Virus record (IMG/VR): IMGVR_UViG_3300037455_000100
Coordinates: 39,305-103,304 of that record
Strand: one strand, 5' to 3'
From: a virus
Taxonomy: Duplodnaviria > Caudoviricetes
DNA: 64,000 bases
Of this stretch, positions 59,954 to 64,000 are shown one piece after another (the first letter of the stretch is position 1; the number at the start of each line of letters is the position of its first letter). Below the pieces are notes generated by a model that worked only from the letters and a program-made list of their open reading frames with translations, made no database searches and had not been told where the DNA came from. Made by a program: the position numbers and the translations under genes.

Positions 59954-60326
59954 GTTCTTTAAATTTAAAGTATACTATCAACAATGTTGTAATTCCAGCT
60001 GTAATGAAATCTATTAATACAGTAGATTCATAATACTTTGTAAAGTCTAAATAATAATCTAATATTGTAATTAACCAATTTACAAATATATAATATAATG
60101 GTAATCTATGATATATACAAAACTTAAACACAAAAGAACTTATACACAAGAATAACCAAGGTAATAAAGATATTCCTGCTATATAAGATATTAGTGGAAT
60201 ATCAATATAAAAATAAGATAGAGTTGTATTTAATAAATAAAATATAGCTAATAAATAAGGTATAATTTTTATAATATACAACTCTATCTTATATAAAGCT
60301 TTATTTAGACTTTGAGAGTTTTCCAC
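59931..60326 (-). CDS. Four-TM membrane protein
   Basis: Four hydrophobic segments, FKFCIYHR loop. Confidence 0.75.
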   Translation of the reverse strand: MENSQSLNKALYKIELYIIKIIPYLLAIFYLLNTTLSYFYIDIPLISYIAGISLLPWLFLCISSFVFKFCIYHRLPLYYIFVNWLITILDYYLDFTKYYESTVLIDFITAGITTLLIVYFKFKEHERRFKK

Positions 60327-60438
60327 CGCAACTATAACGTCTACTATTATTATTTCTAGTAACTCCAGCTTTAGGTGTCATAGGACTTCTTTTACTTGTG
60401 GATTCACTCTTTTTACTTGAATTTGTTCTTTTTGCCAT
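60301..60438 (-). CDS. Small basic peptide (45 aa) ending RRYSCGGKLSKSK
   Basis: Not in the track; ATG after an AT-rich leader; overlaps the next gene. Confidence 0.6.
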   Translation of the reverse strand: MAKRTNSSKKSESTSKRSPMTPKAGVTRNNNSRRYSCGGKLSKSK

Positions 60439-60472
60439 AATATTAAAATTTTAAATTAGTATTGTTTTATTT

Positions 60473-63316
60473 TTAATTATTACTAAGTGCAGTAATCATT
60501 GCATCAATTTCAGCTTTGGTATACATACCACTTGGATTACCATTATCATTATACACATTTTTTGTGTCGGTGTTTGATGGTATGAAACCTTCTTCTTCTG
60601 GATTATTTAAATTAAACATATCATTTACTGCCAATATAGCAGCCCTTTGAGCTATTAAAGCATTGGCAGCTGTTATTTGTATAGGAATACCTCTACCATC
60701 GTAATAATCAGCGTCTCCTGGTTGTGGTATTGGTATATTTGTGTTTGTGTAAGTATTACCAAGTACTGTAACATTATATCTAGGAGCAAATAATGCTTCA
60801 AAATACGCACAAGCAGCCACATAATCACCAATATCATCCCTTAGATGAGTTCCGTCGGCAGAAAAATCGTTTTTCTTTGTATTATCAACTGGATCTGTAG
60901 TATTAAGCGTAGTCATACGTAAGTTTTGTACTGCTGTACCATAAGGAATGATAAAATCAATACCATAATCTGATTTTAATTTTTTGACGGCTTTAACTAT
61001 ATTTTGCCAACGCTCTGTAGAATCAGTACCTGTCTGATAACTTGAAGACTTCCAACTTGGATAACTGTGTACAATATAGAAGCCAATTGAAGCTTGTGGG
61101 CAATAAGTTTTTAATATTCGTAGATATTCTGTTAAGCCACCAGCTTCTCCGTCTCCAGTCCAATGTTCATAATCAGTAGAATGTTTCGACTCTTGATGAA
61201 TAATGATTATATCCCAATCATTTTTTAGTAAACTTACAAACCAGCTATTATCAAGTCCACTATAACTGCCAGTGCTAATACCACTAATAGTATCTCCAGC
61301 CTTTTTTTGAACACCGTATGAATAATCATCATTCTCATTATACATATTTACCCACTTTCTAAATGATGAGCCTGCTCTCAAACATTTGTATAAAGAGAAT
61401 CCTGTGGTAATATGTGCAGCTTCTAAAAGTTCGTCAAGATAATCTGTAGTATCACTTGTATAACTATTGCCTAGGTCAAGAATTCTCAAGTTTTGTTTCC
61501 TTAAATTTACTGGAACATTAAACATCTTACTTACAGATATAGGGATATTATCCAGTTCTTCTTGAATATCTTCTATATCACCATTAATAGTAGATATGGA
61601 TGTTTCTAAATTTCCAACACGTTCAACTATACCAAGTTCCCGATTTTTCTTAAATAATGTTGGATTTTTACTTTTATAAGAAGTCATATAAAAGTATACT
61701 TCTCCTTCTTGTGCAGTTACTTCATAAGGAGTGGTATGTATTTCATAATCTTCTGCATGGCGAACAACTACTCCACTACTATTTGCAAAAGACCATAAAC
61801 AGCTATTTACACCAGAACCTCCTTTTCCTGTAAGAATGAATGTATCTCCTAATGCACATGTTATACTATCGCTTGAATTACATACAAAACTTGTATGTAA
61901 ACTCATTGTTGGTGGAGTATATCTTATATTCCAATATCCTTCAACAAGTTCGACAACACTTGTATCTCCTTCCTCCCCATATAATTCCTGGTAAGCAGCC
62001 TCTCCATGAGCTGTAGTTCCTGCAACAGCGTCTATTTCTTCATGAATCTCGGAAAGTTCATTCAAAATACCTTCATAAGAACTTTGTTTTTGCAACTTAT
62101 ACGAATTACTTGTTTTTGCAGTAAAATAAAAATAGGTCGCACCCTCTGGAACATTAATAGTATAATTTTCTTGGGACTCATTAGCTTCTGCCTCCAAAAG
62201 ATTATTACCATTTGCATCAGAAAAAACATAAAGCCTGCTTGAACCCCCTCCACCAGTACCTGTTAGAATGAATGTATCTCCTTCCTTACAAACAGTGACG
62301 TCGTTAGAAATATAACCTGTCAGGTCTCCTCTTGTGTGTTCTGTACGTCTCCAAAAAGTTCCAATAGTGAGAGATTCGTCTATAGTTTTACCTGTATAAC
62401 CATTAATAGTATTATACGAATAATTAGCTTCTTCTCCTACTTCTTGCTCAATCATTAATTCTTTAATAACAGGATGTTCGTTCAGACTCTTCCAAGTTAT
62501 ATCACGATTAAAAGTTAATGATGTTGTAATAGTTCTATTATAACTGTTGTCTTCATGTAATATATAATAACAATAAGAACTTTCTAAAAGAATACCACAA
62601 CCTGCTTTAGCATCATTTATATTATTATAAGCCCTTCTAAATAGTTGTTTCCAAGAGTTATTTATATATAACGACAATAAATTTACATAATCGTCTCCAC
62701 TTTGAGCACAACAATATATCATTACTTTAGTTACACTTGCAATATCTATATAATCTTCACTCTCAGGGTCATCAACGCCTTCTTTTAGTACTATATCTAC
62801 AATAAAATCATTAATGTTATCTACATTACAAAGCTTTATGTCAGCATATACTCCCCCACTTTCTACAAGTTTACTACTCCCAGAAGTAGGTACACTGTCT
62901 ATACCTACATTCTTTTTATCAAGAAATACATAAGTACTACCATTCCAAGCATACTCAGAATAAACATTTGTAGTATATTGTGTACCATCCCAATTACCTA
63001 CTCTATACACAGTATCATCACTACCCGTATTAGGTAAAACATCAGTTACAGTTGTAGTTTGGTCTGTAGCAGCTACAGTCACATAACTTTGTTCTGGTGT
63101 TGTAATAAGATGATTAAGTTCAGATTTGCTGTAAGTCTCTTCTTTATTGTAAACATAACCTTTTGTATATCTATCAGAAAGTGCTACATCTACATCTTGA
63201 TTAACCTCACTTTGTATCTTACCTTTAGTATCATCAAATACTTCGTTAGCACCTGTAACTATATTACCTGTAGCAACACTATGGAGTCTACCTCCTATAT
63301 TAATATTTTCAGCCAT
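60473..63316 (-). CDS. Fibre/receptor-binding protein with SGNH hydrolase (DUF4886-like) domain
   Basis: Fibre-type YTK/YNK/YSK repeats and DSVPTSGSSKLVESGGV; ILDLGNSYT and DGTH catalytic motifs. Confidence 0.75.
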   Translation of the reverse strand: MAENINIGGRLHSVATGNIVTGANEVFDDTKGKIQSEVNQDVDVALSDRYTKGYVYNKEETYSKSELNHLITTPEQSYVTVAATDQTTTVTDVLPNTGSDDTVYRVGNWDGTQYTTNVYSEYAWNGSTYVFLDKKNVGIDSVPTSGSSKLVESGGVYADIKLCNVDNINDFIVDIVLKEGVDDPESEDYIDIASVTKVMIYCCAQSGDDYVNLLSLYINNSWKQLFRRAYNNINDAKAGCGILLESSYCYYILHEDNSYNRTITTSLTFNRDITWKSLNEHPVIKELMIEQEVGEEANYSYNTINGYTGKTIDESLTIGTFWRRTEHTRGDLTGYISNDVTVCKEGDTFILTGTGGGGSSRLYVFSDANGNNLLEAEANESQENYTINVPEGATYFYFTAKTSNSYKLQKQSSYEGILNELSEIHEEIDAVAGTTAHGEAAYQELYGEEGDTSVVELVEGYWNIRYTPPTMSLHTSFVCNSSDSITCALGDTFILTGKGGSGVNSCLWSFANSSGVVVRHAEDYEIHTTPYEVTAQEGEVYFYMTSYKSKNPTLFKKNRELGIVERVGNLETSISTINGDIEDIQEELDNIPISVSKMFNVPVNLRKQNLRILDLGNSYTSDTTDYLDELLEAAHITTGFSLYKCLRAGSSFRKWVNMYNENDDYSYGVQKKAGDTISGISTGSYSGLDNSWFVSLLKNDWDIIIIHQESKHSTDYEHWTGDGEAGGLTEYLRILKTYCPQASIGFYIVHSYPSWKSSSYQTGTDSTERWQNIVKAVKKLKSDYGIDFIIPYGTAVQNLRMTTLNTTDPVDNTKKNDFSADGTHLRDDIGDYVAACAYFEALFAPRYNVTVLGNTYTNTNIPIPQPGDADYYDGRGIPIQITAANALIAQRAAILAVNDMFNLNNPEEEGFIPSNTDTKNVYNDNGNPSGMYTKAEIDAMITALSNN
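61680..62340 (-). repeat. Tandem duplicated beta domain in the fibre gene
   Basis: CKEGDTFILTGTGGGG...YFYFT versus CALGDTFILTGKGGSG...YFYMT; AGAATGAATGTATCTCCT occurs at ~61833 and ~62265. Confidence 0.75.
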
Positions 63317-63318
63317 AT

Positions 63319-63873
63319 TTAAGATATTATAATTGTTAATGTTTCAGCATCGTATGTATTAGAGCTTTTATAATATTTATATTCAGTACTGTCTACAACA
63401 ACATTCATAGGATGCTCTAAAGGAAATGGAAATCCACCTAAAAATGCTTCATTAATATTCATTGAACGTGGTATTAAAAAGTATACACAATCCATAGCAT
63501 GTCTTACAGTAATAGTATAACTTCCTACAGGTGATTGTAATATAGTATTATACTTTTTCTTATTTTCATAGAAATCTTCATAACTATTACCACTTCCATA
63601 ATAAATAGTCATAACAGGAGTATTACTAGTTCCACTTTTTTCACAATTATTATAAGGCGTTAAACAACTACCTTCAACACAAGTATATAATATATTAAGT
63701 AAAGAATATTGTTCTTCTGTAATTGAACAATCATATTTACCTTCCAGTACATCATTAATCCATGATGCTACTATAAGATTGTCTATAGATTTTTTACTTA
63801 CAGTACCAGTTTTTATTACAGTATTATAATACTTTAAAAAACCCTTCTCTAAAGCTTGACTTATCTGTGACAT
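63319..63873 (-). CDS. Putative tail-hub-associated structural protein
   Basis: Helical N-half ending CVEGSCL.PY, beta C-half; inferred from synteny. Confidence 0.45.
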   Translation of the reverse strand: MSQISQALEKGFLKYYNTVIKTGTVSKKSIDNLIVASWINDVLEGKYDCSITEEQYSLLNILYTCVEGSCLTPYNNCEKSGTSNTPVMTIYYGSGNSYEDFYENKKKYNTILQSPVGSYTITVRHAMDCVYFLIPRSMNINEAFLGGFPFPLEHPMNVVVDSTEYKYYKSSNTYDAETLTIIIS

Positions 63874-64000
63874 CCGCAATCATTTTTAAATGTTGTACCG
63901 TTATAAGTTAGATTAAAGAATTTATTCCAGTATAGATTAGCTAATGAAAAATTACCAGATTCTACAGCAAGTTCAAGACCTTTAATCTGCACTATATAAT
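63861..64000 (-). CDS. 3' end of a gene starting beyond the window (ends ...NDCGCHR)
   Basis: Open frame from the window edge; CGCH terminus resembles crAss tail-hub proteins. Confidence 0.55.
   Translation of the reverse strand, partial: YIVQIKGLELAVESGNFSLANLYWNKFFNLTYNGTTFKNDCGCHR

Noticed and set aside
60473-63316. Diversity-generating retroelement target or invertible cassette
   Set aside because: The duplication is an in-frame domain repeat without an evident adenine-specific pattern; no reverse transcriptase or recombinase in the window.
1-64000. tRNA or rRNA genes
   Set aside because: No cloverleaf or T-loop signature seen in intergenic regions by eye; tRNAscan-SE would confirm.

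Overview
AT-rich, gene-dense 64 kb segment of a crAss-like (Crassvirales-type) Bacteroidetes phage, read in the standard genetic code. The + strand (1-15430) carries replication and nucleotide-metabolism genes: rIIB-like, uracil-DNA glycosylase, two PD-(D/E)XK nucleases, NrdD/NrdG, dUTPase, a retropepsin-like protease, a family A DNA polymerase split by two group I introns (LAGLIDADG and GIY-YIG homing endonucleases), DUF3310 and a ThyX-like gene. These are followed by a 3490 aa virion RNA polymerase with an N-terminal string of effector-like domains, and a 1461 aa ejection-type protein. The - strand (30483-64000) carries a giant cargo protein, modular xxGG-punctuated cargo proteins, muzzle/ring/IHF-like genes, the capsid module with the major capsid protein, lysis-like genes, an unexplained HTH + CCC coiled-coil operon, and an SGNH-domain fibre. 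Best leads: (1) a ~530 nt promoter-driven, ORF-free structured region with a bistable 5' switch (12533-13060); (2) the CCC-protein operon with a palindromic operator (56745-60438); (3) [YFH]xxGG-delimited cassette proteins; (4) the ART/HD/zincin/SLOG array fused to the RNAP; (5) an identical 29 nt P8 shared by two otherwise different introns. All calls come from reading motifs by eye; no database searches or folding programs were run.
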